Shown here: one piece after another, positions 32,169 to 41,716 of the stretch | How positions within the stretch are numbered: the first letter of the stretch is position 1 | How the letters are laid out: every line of letters starts with the position of its first letter | IMG/VR virus record: IMGVR_UViG_2648501420_000006 | Span: 7,710-71,709 of that record | Reading direction: 5' to 3' (one strand) | From: a virus | Taxonomy: Duplodnaviria > Caudoviricetes | DNA length: 64,000 nt | Position numbers and translations under genes: made by a program | Notes under the pieces: generated by a model | Told to the model about the DNA's origin: nothing | Seen by the model: the letters and a program-made list of their open reading frames with translations, nothing else | The model's database searches: none

Positions 32169-32480
32169 TTGAATAAAATGTAATAATATATTTAGTTATT
32201 TATATATTGTTTTGTTTTTACATAATTTACCTATTCAAAAATCTAGTAAATAAGTTAAAATATAACCGTGATCACAAATAGTTTATATTCTCCTTCGTGA
32301 AATTCACCCGATTCTCGCGGAAAGGAAAATTATGAACAAAACCCTAAGTAAAGAAATCCAAAGCAAATGAGGAATGCAAGACCTATCAAGATAGTATCTG
32401 CAAACTAATTTGCCACATCAATGACGCTAAGTTATTGAAAAGGATTTTCAACTATGTACATAGCTTATACATTAGATGAT

Positions 32481-33062
32481 TTAATCTGATGTGAATACGT
32501 TGCGCAAGTATTTTTCAATTACCTCTTGTTCGCTTTTAGTGAGCAGGAGGTAATTTTTTATTAGACTTGCACCTGTTTCGCTTAATTCATATTTTGCTAT
32601 GAGTTTATCAACAAGTGAATCTGGCAGAAGCATATCACCAGTGCCATTAATGAGCCATTCATAATTCACGTTATAAATATTACAAACTGATTTGATGATT
32701 GACAGAGATGAAAACCTTCTTTCACTTTCCCAACCAGATACCGATGATGCTGTTACACCAAGTTTATTACCAAATTCTTCTTGACTTAACTTTAATACAC
32801 TTCTCAATTCTGCAATTCTGCCGCCGAGTGATTCAGGCGCATTAGATGTATCATCAAACATGTTACCACTACCTTCAGTTAACCATATATAGCTAACATC
32901 ATATTCACGACTTATAGCTTTAGCCATTTGTTTAGTAAGATTGCGCTCACCCTTTTCAATTTTAGAAATAGCTGTTTTTCCGACACCCAACCTTGAGCCG
33001 AATATTTCTTGGCTCAAATCGGACAGTTCTCTTACTTCTTTAACTCGTTCACCGATGTTCAT
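32481..33062 (-). CDS. Repressor with two tandem Xre HTH domains
   Basis: LSQEIFGSRLGVGKTAISKIEKG and LSQEEFGNKLGVTASSVSGWESE, each followed by ..W L..G.G.M. Confidence 0.9.
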   Translation of the reverse strand: MNIGERVKEVRELSDLSQEIFGSRLGVGKTAISKIEKGERNLTKQMAKAISREYDVSYIWLTEGSGNMFDDTSNAPESLGGRIAELRSVLKLSQEEFGNKLGVTASSVSGWESERRFSSLSIIKSVCNIYNVNYEWLINGTGDMLLPDSLVDKLIAKYELSETGASLIKNYLLLTKSEQEVIEKYLRNVFTSD

Positions 33063-33063
33063 A

Positions 33064-33426
33064 TTATTTACCTTTATCTAAATTGAATATCTTACGCAAA
33101 TATTCTTGTACTACCTGTCGCTGCTCTTTTGTAAGCGTGAGGTAGTTTTTTAATATTTCTGTTTCAGTTTCATTAAGGTCATACTGAACCACCAGCTCAT
33201 CAATGATAGTTTCTGGTACACCCATAAACATATCTCCTTCGCCCTCGGTTAACCAAAAATAGTTTACGTTATACTCTCTACAAATAGCTTTAGCCATTTG
33301 ATCAGTAAGATTTCTATCACCAGTTTCAAGTTTAGCGATTGCTCCTCTTGTAACTCCTAGTTTTGATGCAAAGCCATCTTGAGTAAGGTTTAAAGTATTG
33401 CGTATTATTTTAATTCTATCATTCAT
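33064..33426 (-). CDS. Xre-family phage repressor (real start MNDRIK)
   Basis: LTQDGFASKLGVTRGAIAKLETG; paralogous C-terminus to 32481-33062; gaggtg RBS. Confidence 0.9.
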   Translation of the reverse strand: MNDRIKIIRNTLNLTQDGFASKLGVTRGAIAKLETGDRNLTDQMAKAICREYNVNYFWLTEGEGDMFMGVPETIIDELVVQYDLNETETEILKNYLTLTKEQRQVVQEYLRKIFNLDKGK

Positions 33427-33495
33427 GAATTTCACCTCATCAATATAATAACACAAAATATATACTCTGTATACAAATAAAAACGATTTTTGACA

Positions 33496-33532
33496 CAAAT
33501 TCATTGACAATGCGTGAATTTGAACGTATAAT
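33496..33532 (+). promoter_or_regulatory. Rightward sigma-A promoter with flanking operator dyad (switch 1)
   Basis: TTGACA(33504)-17-TATAAT(33527); caaattca/tgaatttg inverted repeat around the -35. Confidence 0.8.
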
Positions 33533-33562
33533 AGTGTCATAGGAACGATTGGAGGTGACAAC

Positions 33563-33754
33563 ATGAACCAAAAGGAAGTAAAAGAAATTCGCAATGACAG
33601 TGATGGCTTTGTATCAGGAGTATTGAAAAACCTATCCACTGAACAATTAGCGGTAACAAAAGATGGTATCAGTTTAGGTGTGGCATTAGCTGATGTATTA
33701 ATAGCTAAAGCACCAAAAAGAAAAAAGAAGAAAGCTGAAAAAGGAGGTGAATAA
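33563..33754 (+). CDS. Small early protein divergent from repressors
   Basis: ggaggt RBS, first gene after promoter. Confidence 0.6.
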   Translation: MNQKEVKEIRNDSDGFVSGVLKNLSTEQLAVTKDGISLGVALADVLIAKAPKRKKKKAEKGGE

Positions 33755-34071
33755 ATGTCAAAGCAATCAAAGCCATCAACAGCTACTGAAAAGCTAAGAG
33801 AATTACAAAGGCTTGAACTTGGCAGCAAGTCTATCTCAATCATTATGGATTGCGGTTTAGACAAGGCTGTTAAGATAAAAAACAAGTACAGGCAAAGATT
33901 ATAGCATCAGGAAAAATTCTGCCTAGCAAGCTAAAGGTGCCGACGGCATCAGCGATCAAGTATTTGATGATTGATGAAAAACGTATTAGAGAGTTAGCTG
34001 CTATTGAAGCAATAGAACAGCAAAAAAGAGATGCTATATCTGTGGAAAGAACCGCATCTCAAAGAAGATAA
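33755..34071 (+). CDS. Hypothetical DNA-binding/excisionase-like protein (frameshift near 33895)
   Basis: MSKQSKP...ISIIMDCGLDKAVKIK / KVPTASAIKYLMIDEKRIRE. Confidence 0.45.
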
Positions 34072-34086
34072 CTTAATCAAATTATC
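34022..34086 (-). ncRNA. Candidate antisense sRNA A (~65 nt)
   Basis: Minus-strand TGtTATAAT extended -10 at 34093-34101, 5' hairpin, terminator stem gagatgc/gcatctc + U6. Confidence 0.5.
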
Positions 34087-34388
34087 GATTAAATTATAAC
34101 ACATGATTTTATTAAAACAAAGCTGTTTTGACTGCATACGAAATTCGTTCGCAGTTTGAAATCTTAATTAATTATATAATACATGCAAAAATGGTTTATG
34201 ACGCTCAAGTATCTTCAGCTGATGACTTATCTATCCCACACTCTTGAAGAGCGGAGAATGGATTTTAGTGACGTCAGCAGGGCTATGAGAGTGTTCATTG
34301 CTTAAAAATATCACCGTCCGAATTTAGGACAGCGATCAGTAAAGTTTTTAGAAATTAAAAATGGTAACCCCATAGGAGAAAAATATAA

Positions 34389-35138
34389 ATGAATAATGAA
34401 GTAGAGATTAGAATTGAAAATAATGAGATGCTTGTATCAAGCCGTCAAATTGCTGAACATTTTGGGAAACTGCATAAAGATGTGCTTGAGTCAATAAGAA
34501 ATTTGACAGCGGAAAATTCCGCCACCAAATTCTTTCACACTGCAGAATATGAAAATAGAGGTAAGAATTATCCAATGTATCTAATGAATAGGGATGGATT
34601 CTCTTTGCTGGTTATGGGATTTACTGGTAAAGAAGCTCTTGAATGGAAACTAAAATATATTCAGGCGTTCAATGATATGGAAACTAAGCTCAAACAACCT
34701 AAATCCGTTGAAGATAGTCGTTCTGATAAACTTTTAGCAGCTCAATCTAAAGTAATGAATGCGAAAGCTAGATTAGCTTCTGTATGGCTGAAACTTGCAG
34801 ATCGTGTTCCTAACAATCAATCCTATCAGCAGATATGCAATAGTTACGCTTCTGAAGTGTTGACCGGCACAAAGGTTCTACCACTGCCTGAATGTGATGA
34901 GCGCTATTATACGGCGACTGAGATAGCTGAAATGATTGGTACAACATCTAATATGGTCGGAAGGAAGTCAAAAACAGCAGGCATTAAACCTGTTGACGAG
35001 AACACATATTCTGAATACGGTAAATGGTTCTTTGATAAATCCGCCCATTCTAGTAAACAAGTGTCTACATTCAAATATAATGCAAGAGGTGTAGAAGCTG
35101 TGAAAGCTTTATTTAACCAAGCTGCAGTTCTAGCATAG
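34389..35138 (+). CDS. Rha-family regulatory protein
   Basis: SSRQIAEHFGKLHKDVLESIRNL, MYLMNRDGFSLLVMGFTGKEALEWKLKYIQAFN. Confidence 0.9.
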   Translation: MNNEVEIRIENNEMLVSSRQIAEHFGKLHKDVLESIRNLTAENSATKFFHTAEYENRGKNYPMYLMNRDGFSLLVMGFTGKEALEWKLKYIQAFNDMETKLKQPKSVEDSRSDKLLAAQSKVMNAKARLASVWLKLADRVPNNQSYQQICNSYASEVLTGTKVLPLPECDERYYTATEIAEMIGTTSNMVGRKSKTAGIKPVDENTYSEYGKWFFDKSAHSSKQVSTFKYNARGVEAVKALFNQAAVLA

Positions 35139-35149
35139 AGGTCTATTAT

Positions 35150-35361
35150 ATGAAATTCAATTATAATTTGCTTAATAATCGCATCGCACAAGTGTGCGGA
35201 TCACAACAGGAGTTTGCCAAAAGATTGGGTATTAGTTTTGAAGAATTGCAAAAAAATTAATTGGAACAGACGAATTTTCGGCAAGCGAAATACAAAAAGG
35301 AATAGAGTTATTATCTATTCCGCTTAATAATGTTGATGAATTATATTTTAACAAAATCTAG
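35150..35361 (+). CDS. Cro-like (DUF739-type) HTH protein, frameshift in A-run near 35255
   Basis: Translated by eye: MKFNYNLL..RIAQVCGSQQEFAKRLGIS...EFSASEIQK...ELYF. Confidence 0.6.
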
Positions 35362-35375
35362 ACATGCTCTAGATT

Positions 35376-35762
35376 TTATTTGTACTTTCCTGATTCAACA
35401 AGATCTTTTGCATATTCCAGAACTTTTTGTTTTCCTGTTTCGTTTAAGAAATAAATTACATCCATAATTTCAACTGTTATTTTGGATGGATTTAATTCAT
35501 GAAGTACAGAGATATATTCGCCATCTAGACGTTCCTCAATGAATTTATTTTCTCTTTCTTCACTCCAACCCATTAGTTTCCCCGGTGTTGTTTGCAATGC
35601 TTCTGCAAAAGCCATAATTTTAGATTGTGGAATATCGTTTTCTCCTGATTCTATTTTAGCAATCGTTGATCTAGACTTATAACCCAACAAATCAGCTAAT
35701 TCTTGTTGAGATAAACCCAGTTCTTCGCGCCTATTTTTAATATTCTTATATAGTTCAAGCAT
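35376..35762 (-). CDS. Xre-family phage repressor (switch 2)
   Basis: IKNRREELGLSQQELADLLGYKSRSTIAKIESGEND...LMGW; ggagg RBS. Confidence 0.9.
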   Translation of the reverse strand: MLELYKNIKNRREELGLSQQELADLLGYKSRSTIAKIESGENDIPQSKIMAFAEALQTTPGKLMGWSEERENKFIEERLDGEYISVLHELNPSKITVEIMDVIYFLNETGKQKVLEYAKDLVESGKYK

Positions 35763-35797
35763 ATAGATGCCTCCTTGATCTAATATTACCATTAAGT

Positions 35798-36121
35798 GTA
35801 TTATTAATCAACATAAATTTATTTTTTACACAAAAGTGTTGACTTAAAATCACGTCGGTGATAATATATGTGCGTGGTGATTAATAATCACATAGGAGGT
35901 GAAATAGTTGACTAACACACTAGAGTTGGAAATTGCAATCAAGCGCTCAGGGCTAACAAAGCGTAAGATTGCATCAAAAATGAATCTGTCTGAAATGGGA
36001 TTATATAAGAAAATCCATAATATTACTGAATTTAAAGCGAGTGAAATTGATTTGTTAACAAAGCTTTTTAAATTTAGCAGACAACTCAATTTTTTTTAAT
36101 TAAATGTTGATTAAAAATCAC
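35798..36121. promoter_or_regulatory. Switch-2 divergent promoters with four related operators
   Basis: gttgacttaaaatcac (35838), gtgattaataatcac (35877), gttgattaaaaatcac (36106), inverted copy at 35798-35814; TTGACT -35 overlapped by one operator. Confidence 0.7.
35908..36099 (+). CDS. Cro-like protein
   Basis: GLTKRKIASKMNLSEMGLYKKI..EFKASEI; divergent from repressor. Confidence 0.8.
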   Translation: MTNTLELEIAIKRSGLTKRKIASKMNLSEMGLYKKIHNITEFKASEIDLLTKLFKFSRQLNFF

Positions 36122-36138
36122 TAAGGAGAAGAAAAAAC

Positions 36139-36882
36139 ATGAACGAATTACAAGTATTCAATAATGAAGAATTTGGAACAGTACGTACTTCAGAAGAAAA
36201 TGGGAAAGTGCTGTTCTGCGGCAAAGATATTGCGGCGGCATTAGGATATGCCGATTCCGTTAATGCAATTAAGCAACATTGCCGTGGGGTGGCAATTCAC
36301 CACCCCATCAACGATAACTTAGGGCGTCAACAAATGGCAAGATTTATTCCTGAAGGGGATGTCTACCGTTTAATTACCCATAGCAAATTACCTAGTGCCG
36401 TTAGGTTTGAAAGCTGGGTATTCGATGAGGTATTACCATCGCTGAGACAGACAGGAACCTATCATCTACCGCAGACATATGCAGAAGCGCTTAGACAATT
36501 AGCTGATACTGCAGAACAGAAGGAAAAACTGTTGCTAGAAAATCAAGTCATGAAACCTAAAGCATTATTTGCTGATGCAGTTGAGTGCAGCCATACATCA
36601 ATTCTAGTTGGAGACTTAGCAAAATTGATTAAACAGAATGGGGTTGACATCGGTCAGAAACGTTTATTCGCTTGGCTGCGAGATAATGGTTATCTCATGA
36701 AGCATGGCAATAGTAAGAATATGCCAACTCAGACAGCTATGGATAAACAGCTATTTGAGGTAAAAGAACGGACTATCAGTAATCCTGATGGCAGTGTGAG
36801 AATTACTAAAACAACGGCTGTTACTGGTAAAGGGCAAATTTATTTTGTGAATAAGTTTTGTGCAAAAGGTGAAGCAAGATGA
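36139..36882 (+). CDS. Phage antirepressor (BRO-N + ANT/KilAC)
   Basis: VFNNEEFGTVR, FCGKDIAAALGY, FESWVFDEVLPS, PKALFADAV, VTGKGQIYFVNKF. Confidence 0.92.
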   Translation: MNELQVFNNEEFGTVRTSEENGKVLFCGKDIAAALGYADSVNAIKQHCRGVAIHHPINDNLGRQQMARFIPEGDVYRLITHSKLPSAVRFESWVFDEVLPSLRQTGTYHLPQTYAEALRQLADTAEQKEKLLLENQVMKPKALFADAVECSHTSILVGDLAKLIKQNGVDIGQKRLFAWLRDNGYLMKHGNSKNMPTQTAMDKQLFEVKERTISNPDGSVRITKTTAVTGKGQIYFVNKFCAKGEAR

Positions 36883-37571
36883 ACAAATTCAAGCAGCAAA
36901 TGAAGTCTTTGAAAATAAGCAAGAATTACATAGCCAATAGAATGGGCGTATCAAGGTCTACGGTTAGCAGTTATTTAAGAAATCCAAACGGAATGACAGT
37001 AATCCAATACCGTGAATTATGCAATATATTATGCCTTGAATTTAAATTTCCACCAGAGAATCTGAATAGTAATTGTGATAGCTTTGTAGAAAAGATACGT
37101 GCAGCAATATCTAATTCAAGGATGAAAAGGATAAAACGCAAATTAAAGAGTAATGGAGCTATCTGTCAAATATTAGAAAATAATTTAACAGGTTTAGGTA
37201 TTCTTTATGGTGATTATGTAATCGTTGATTTAAACCTAAAACCAAGCGATTCCATGCAGGACTTGATCTTATACACTACTTCCAAAGGACCAGATAACAT
37301 TGGGTTGTATTGGGGCAGATACGTCAATCATTGGGCAAAAGATTGTCCTAAGTTCAGAAATGCAAGTCACGCAGCTATCAGAAGTATTGAGGGTGTTGTT
37401 ACGGCTGTTTATAATTCAGAACTTAAGTTAAAGGTGAAATATGATGTTTCAAGACTTTCTAATATACTTCAGGATACATCAAATACGATCAGTGTGGAGC
37501 CTAGTAATCGTGGGAGTGGGTGCGAACCAAATTCAATTTTAATCTATCGAAAGGGGAAAGCATATGCTTAA
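36879..37571 (+). CDS. HTH protein with degenerate S24/LexA-like C-terminal region
   Basis: N-terminal IANRMGVSRSTVSSYL HTH; ILENNLTGLGILYGDYVIVD resembles the S24 GDSM..I.DGD.VIVD motif without Ser. Confidence 0.5.
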   Translation: MNKFKQQMKSLKISKNYIANRMGVSRSTVSSYLRNPNGMTVIQYRELCNILCLEFKFPPENLNSNCDSFVEKIRAAISNSRMKRIKRKLKSNGAICQILENNLTGLGILYGDYVIVDLNLKPSDSMQDLILYTTSKGPDNIGLYWGRYVNHWAKDCPKFRNASHAAIRSIEGVVTAVYNSELKLKVKYDVSRLSNILQDTSNTISVEPSNRGSGCEPNSILIYRKGKAYA

Positions 37572-37734
37572 AGACAAATATATAGAATTCATTAACAAAT
37601 TTTTAAACGAGATTGAAGATGAAGGAACAATTAAGATGATTTACGACATTGTACAAATGTATTGGTTAAGAAGCGATCAAGACATAAAAAAAGATACTTC
37701 CGCCGCCCAAAGCAAAGTATCTAAAGGACGATAA
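37564..37734 (+). CDS. Small hypothetical protein (56 aa)
   Basis: Translated by eye; overlaps the stop of the previous gene. Confidence 0.5.
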   Translation: MLKDKYIEFINKFLNEIEDEGTIKMIYDIVQMYWLRSDQDIKKDTSAAQSKVSKGR

Positions 37735-37749
37735 CTTAATCAAATTATC
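37686..37749 (-). ncRNA. Candidate antisense sRNA B (~64 nt), paralogue of A
   Basis: Minus-strand TTGCCT-16-TATAAT with TG extension, identical 5' 20-mer, terminator stem agatactt/aagtatct + U7. Confidence 0.5.
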
Positions 37750-38117
37750 AAGCAAATTATATCACATGTCTTATAAAAGGCAAGAAAGGAATATCACAAT
37801 GAAATTCAAATCAATATTAGAAATGAATGAATTCGGAGACGTTCTAATGGATATAAACAGCGCTATCAGCTGTTTATTGGATCAGGATGAGTGCGAATAG
37901 AGAGGAAAACACATGTATAAATACAAAAGAAAAGTAGATAAGCGTTCAATTTTGCTGATCATTTTAATTACATACTCTTTTATTGCTACGCTCGGTCATT
38001 ATTAACAATAACCGTCTAGCTGAAGCACAAACACAACACATTAAAGAATTGCATACTGCTTTAGTTGAATGTGACTACGACCTAAGCGGTAATTAGGTCG
38101 TATAAATGGAGGTATTC

Positions 38118-38958
38118 ATGAACAAAAATGATTTACAAAATAACGTGGCTGATTTTCTAAACGATTTAAAAATGAAATGAAAAATCAGCAAATACAATAA
38201 AAAAGTATAAACACACTATCTCACGTTTTATAGAATACCTTCGTGATGATTATGAATTAACCAAAGAGCATACACTCAGTTTTAAAGAACATTTGTTAAA
38301 TAGCGGATACAAACCGACCACAATCAATTTATACATTGTAACTCTGAATAAGTATTTAAAATGGGTAGGATTGCCGGAACTGCGTGTTAAACAGCTCAAA
38401 GTGCAGCGCAAAAGCAGTCTTAGTGATGTGTTGACACCAGACGAATACAATCGCCTTCTGAGGCGCGCAAAGGCTAAAGGGCAACTAGACACTCACTACA
38501 TAATGAAAGTGCTGGCAAACACCGGCATCAGGATTGCAGAGTTGAAGTATTTCACGGTAGAGAACTTGAAAAGCAATTACCTGCAGATAAACAATAAAGG
38601 CAAGATTCGTACTGTGCCCATTCGCCAAGATTTAGCGCGAGAGCTGCGGAAATACTGCAGGGACAGGAAAATTCGGGAAGGAACTATCTTTCCCGGTAAG
38701 GTCAAAGGTAAGCAACTATCAGAGTCAACCATATGGCGTAGGATGCAGAGGCTTGCCGGTGAGCTGAAAATCAAAAAGTCAAAGATACATCCGCACAGCT
38801 TCCGGCATTTATTTGCAAGACAATTCCTGAAGGAAAATAGCAATGGCCTTGCTGAACTGGCAGATCTGTTAGGTCATGAGTCCTTAGAGACAACACGCAT
38901 CTATCTAGTCTCAACAGATGCTGAGAAAAAGCGTAAATTAGAGGATTTGAAGTATTAA
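38118..38958 (+). CDS. Xer-like tyrosine recombinase without arm-binding domain (frameshift near 38175)
   Basis: KSANTIKKY, TGIRIAE, GKIRTVP, HPHSFRHLFA, LGHESLETTRIY. Confidence 0.9.
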
Positions 38959-39044
38959 AAAACACCCTGATTTTGCAAAAAGTATTGAGTGTTTAAAAAG
39001 TAGAAATAAGCCTTATATCATAGGCTGAAAGTTACAAAACAGTG

Positions 39045-39074
39045 ATGCAAGATAATTATGGGGTTATCTTGCAT
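39045..39074. other. dif/lox-like core recombination site
   Basis: Perfect 11-bp arms atgcaagataa / ttatcttgcat with 8-bp asymmetric spacer, ~90 bp after the recombinase. Confidence 0.6.
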
Positions 39075-39094
39075 TCGGAAAGGGCATCAAAAAT

Positions 39095-39352
39095 ATGAAA
39101 ATAGATAGAAAAAAATATCGCATTATTCCTGTTAATAAAAAAGTAAATGTGTATATGACTTTAAATAAAAGTTTTATTTGCATTGATCATATTGATACAA
39201 AGAATCCGGTTGTTAGTGTCTATATCAATGTTAATGATGATATGTCAAAGAGGTTAAAAAAGGTTAAGGAATACTTATCATCACGAGTTGTAAAAGAACA
39301 TCTAGGTGAACATTCAAAATTATGTTTTGATCATATGTTGGAAAGGCTCTGA
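39095..39352 (+). CDS. Hypothetical protein
   Basis: Co-oriented ORF before rep. Confidence 0.45.
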   Translation: MKIDRKKYRIIPVNKKVNVYMTLNKSFICIDHIDTKNPVVSVYINVNDDMSKRLKKVKEYLSSRVVKEHLGEHSKLCFDHMLERL

Positions 39353-39363
39353 GAGAATACATT

Positions 39364-40150
39364 ATGCAAGAAGGGTTTATCGCTTTAAGCAGAAAAATTG
39401 TCGATAGTGAGTTATTCAGTAAACCTCCGCTTTATTTGAAAGTGTGGATTTATCTCTTAACTAAAGCACAGCATCAAGACTATAAAATGTTAAAAAGAGG
39501 TCAGTTATTTGTGTCAATTCCCGAACTTCAAGATGCTTGCACTCACTATATCGGCAATAGAAAAGTGAAGCCAAGTAAGGACCAAATTTTCAATATTTTA
39601 GAGTATTTCCGAAAGCAACCCGAACCCAACGCGGAAAGCAACGAGAATAAGCCTATGATTACGACTGCGAAAACGACAAGAGGACTAATCGTAAACATTG
39701 AGAAATACAGCCTTTATCAAGACTTTTCTAATTACGAAACCAACACCGAAAACAACGAAAATTTAATTCCGAACCCAACGCCACCCCTCGTTGAAACCCA
39801 ACACTATAAACAAGAATTACAAGAAATAAAAAGATTTAAAAAGAATTAAAAAGAATTTAAATACTAGCTCGGAACCTACTCAAAGCAGCAGTAAAAATCC
39901 ATCACTTTTATTGAAAGATGGGAGTTATTATGTGATAAGTAATGAAGATATTGCAAAGTATCAAGAAGCATATCCGAAGATTAATGTTGTTGGTGAGTTA
40001 AAGCGTATGAGTTTGTGGTGTGAATCGAATGTCAGTAAGTGTAAGACAAGAAAGGGCATTAGCAGATTCATTGTTAACTGGCTTTCGAGACAGCAGAAAG
40101 ATCAGCAAGGAAAGAAGGGAGTTACAGCAAATGATTACCCTGAATTATAG
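39364..40150 (+). CDS. Phage replication initiator (frameshift near 39835) with internal iterons
   Basis: GFIALSRKI, KVWIYLLTKA, RGQLFVS; GAAA(C/G)CAAC / GAACCCAAC repeats at 39610-39805 plus an A-rich tract; C-terminal NWLSR. Confidence 0.8.
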
Positions 40151-41342
40151 ACAGGAGCTAGAAAGTAATATTCTAGCTATCCTATTGGTAGAGCCTTCAA
40201 AAATGGAAGAATGTTATCTAGAACCTCGACACTTTCAAATACTATTGAATCAGAGGGTATACAGAATCTTTCAGAAATTCTATGAGCAAAACCATACTCT
40301 TGATATTGCTACGATGGGAGCATCTACTAAAGATGCGGGGCAATTTACTGATTATTGTATCAGTTTGATGGATGCATACATATCTAGCGAGAAGTTCCAA
40401 TTCTATTGTGACAAGCTGGAAGAAGCTTATAAAAGCACAGAAGCCGAAAAGGTAGCTAATAATCTGCTTAATAAAGAGATCGATGCTGAACAGGCTGTAA
40501 ATGTTTTAAATGACATATACCGTGAGTTTGTGAAAACTTCAAATAGATACATGCTGCCGGCTGATGAGATTTATGATTTAGTAACTTCTAATTCAGCAAA
40601 GCTTCAGTTTAGAGAATTTGCAGAATTTCAGGCAAAGTAGGTATCATGCAAAAGACTGTCACCGTCTTGGGGGCAAGACCCGGAATCGGTAAGACAGGAT
40701 TTGCTTTAAATCTGATTAACGATCTTGCGGACAGATACAAATGTATTTACTTCAACATGGAAATGACTGAAAAGGAGCTTTATGAAAGACTGGTAGCAAT
40801 AAATTCAAACATTCCGATCAGCAGATTCACAAAGCTTGAAGAGCATGAAAAACCTAAATTAAAAGCAGCTGCTAAAATGGTTGAAAAAGAAAAAAGCTAA
40901 AATATACAGCGGTTCAAAGAGTTTGAAGGCATTAAGAAATATATGCGCTAAAGAACAGCGAGAAGAGCATTGTGTCGTGTTTATCGACCATGTGGGTTAT
41001 GTAACTACTGGAAAGAATCAAGGGGACACAGAACGCATAGGCGAGGTTGTCAGGAGTATACAGCTCATGACTAAAGACTTAAACATCACAGTCTTTCTGC
41101 TGTGCCATATCAATCGCGCTGGATCAGATACACCCACACTCAATCATTTAAAAGATTCGGGTGAACTGGAACAGTCAGCTCATATCGTCATGCTTCTTCA
41201 CAATCTTAGCGACAGTATGGAAGAAATGGAATGCGATATTGATTGCTTGATACCCAAGAACAGAGGGGGACGCTGTGGGAAAATTGGCTTCAGATTTACA
41301 AAGACTACACAGGTGTTCAAAATGGTGACTTATGGAAAATAG
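40131..41342 (+). CDS. dnaB: DnaB-like replicative helicase (3 ORFs, frameshifts near 40635 and 40890)
   Basis: GARPGIGKT, FNMEM, VFIDHVG, LKDSGELEQSAHIVMLLH, KNRGG. Confidence 0.9.
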
Positions 41343-41716
41343 ATGGCAATTATTTGAGTATCTGAAAGCGACGAAAGGATTTATTTATGCTGAAGATGTA
41401 AAGGGTATGAATGAACATGAATTAATGGAAGGTATTCAAGAGTATATATCATACTTGGAAAGGAACGAAAAGTGCAAAAACTGATGGATTTATATTTTAA
41501 TAAATGGAATGAAAGGGAGATTGAAGAACCCCTTATTGAAGCTAAACAATTCACTGAATATCTGAAACAATGTAGTAATAAAACATTAACTGCTAATAAA
41601 GCCATAAAAATTAGAAGAACTAGCAAATTATGCTTTTGCTGCTTATGAACAATCTGGCTTCTACGCAGGATATAATACTGCCTGTCAAGTGCTGCAAGAA
41701 ATGCTAGGTGATACAA

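Noticed and set aside
33064-33885. 273-aa repressor with long N-terminal extension
   Set aside because: The extension overlaps a consensus promoter and two plus-strand genes; the real start with RBS is at 33426
34190-34370. Structured RNA upstream of rha
   Set aside because: Only short imperfect stems; no convincing promoter-terminator pair
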